From an uncultured Candidatus Sumerlaeota bacterium (GTDB taxonomy: Bacteria > Sumerlaeota > Sumerlaeia > MWCT01 > JAGHBZ01): 64,000 nucleotides of DNA. Shown piece by piece: positions 63,764 to 64,000 of this stretch. The position numbers were made by a program, and so were the translations under genes. Below the pieces are notes generated by a model. The model had not been told where the DNA came from. It did not search any database and was given only the letters and a program-made list of their open reading frames with translations. The stretch spans positions 103,282-167,281 of the forward strand of contig CAZSMK010000011.1 of the NCBI GenBank assembly GCA_964608095.1. The letters are read 5' to 3'. The first letter of the stretch is position 1, and every line of letters starts with the position of its first letter.

Positions 63764-64000
63764 CTTTGTTGTTTTCTTTTAGCCGGTTACCTTTCCAGCG
63801 CATGTTTTTATGAAAAAAAATACGATTCCTCATCTCCACAAAACAGGTGCTTGAACGCTCGAAAGTTTAGTTTTTCCCTTTATCGTATAAACCTCTGAAG
63901 GCGCTACAGAGTCTTTTCTTTTCATGCCTTGTCCTGCTCAGAAATATATTTACACTCTGTTTTATAAGTATACAATATTTGTGTCTTTCGGGAACTTTCA

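Overview
This is a bacterial chromosomal segment of about 45% GC, judged by eye. It is probably from an uncultivated lineage; a PVC-like prepilin, a 1Fe superoxide reductase and a TreT-like trehalose synthase hint at an anaerobe or microaerophile. I support 60 protein genes, one interrupted gene (ppsA) and four tRNAs; no rRNA gene and no CRISPR array are present.

Everything from position 1 to 31356 is coded on the minus strand. In order along that strand:
- A TRAP transporter (dctPQM).
- A ribose-type sugar ABC transporter next to a GH5 glycoside hydrolase with a CBM9-like domain.
- nadD.
- A radical-SAM/SPASM protein.
- A nicotinamidase-VOC fusion.
- A DNA-repair and redox run: Fpg/Nei, TrxB, a glutaredoxin-like protein, DUF72, a Rieske-FAD oxidoreductase, a phosphoribosyltransferase and an MBL hydrolase.
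- ligA, a PolX with a PHP domain, pncB and a P-loop kinase.
- ppsA, interrupted by a single in-frame TAG.
- A stress block: a 2-hydroxyacid dehydrogenase, a NifX-like protein with a zinc ribbon, Hsp20, a small membrane protein and a BON-domain protein.

After a divergent intergenic region the plus strand carries:
- A two-component module: a REC-AraC regulator, a PAS histidine kinase and a lone REC protein.
- A superoxide reductase, with the TreT-like glycosyltransferase on the opposite strand.
- An IS200/RAYT-type tyrosine transposase sitting in clusters of two GTAG-anchored palindromic REP families, with REP copies in-frame inside its own ORF.
- A DUF1460 protein and a coiled-coil lipoprotein.
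- A tandem PRC-barrel protein directly upstream of a three-gene split LigD (phosphoesterase, ATP ligase, polymerase) with no Ku gene in the window.
- An S2P/CBS protease.
- A tightly packed trio of exported proteins: a lipoprotein, a Tat-signal DUF362 protein and a BNR/Asp-box beta-propeller hydrolase.

The right end holds three minus-strand tRNAs (Arg-TCG, Arg-CCG, His-GTG), an epimerase, an orphan prepilin, a histidine kinase, cobA/hemD-hemC, yjbQ, rnpA-yidD-yidC-jag, a GT39-PA14 membrane glycosyltransferase, queG, an ABC-2 permease, apt and a plus-strand tRNA-Arg(CCT).

The best candidates for new biology are the PRC-barrel/split-LigD locus without Ku, the RAYT with in-frame REPs, the exported trio, and the co-oriented array coupling NAD salvage with base-excision and strand-break repair genes.
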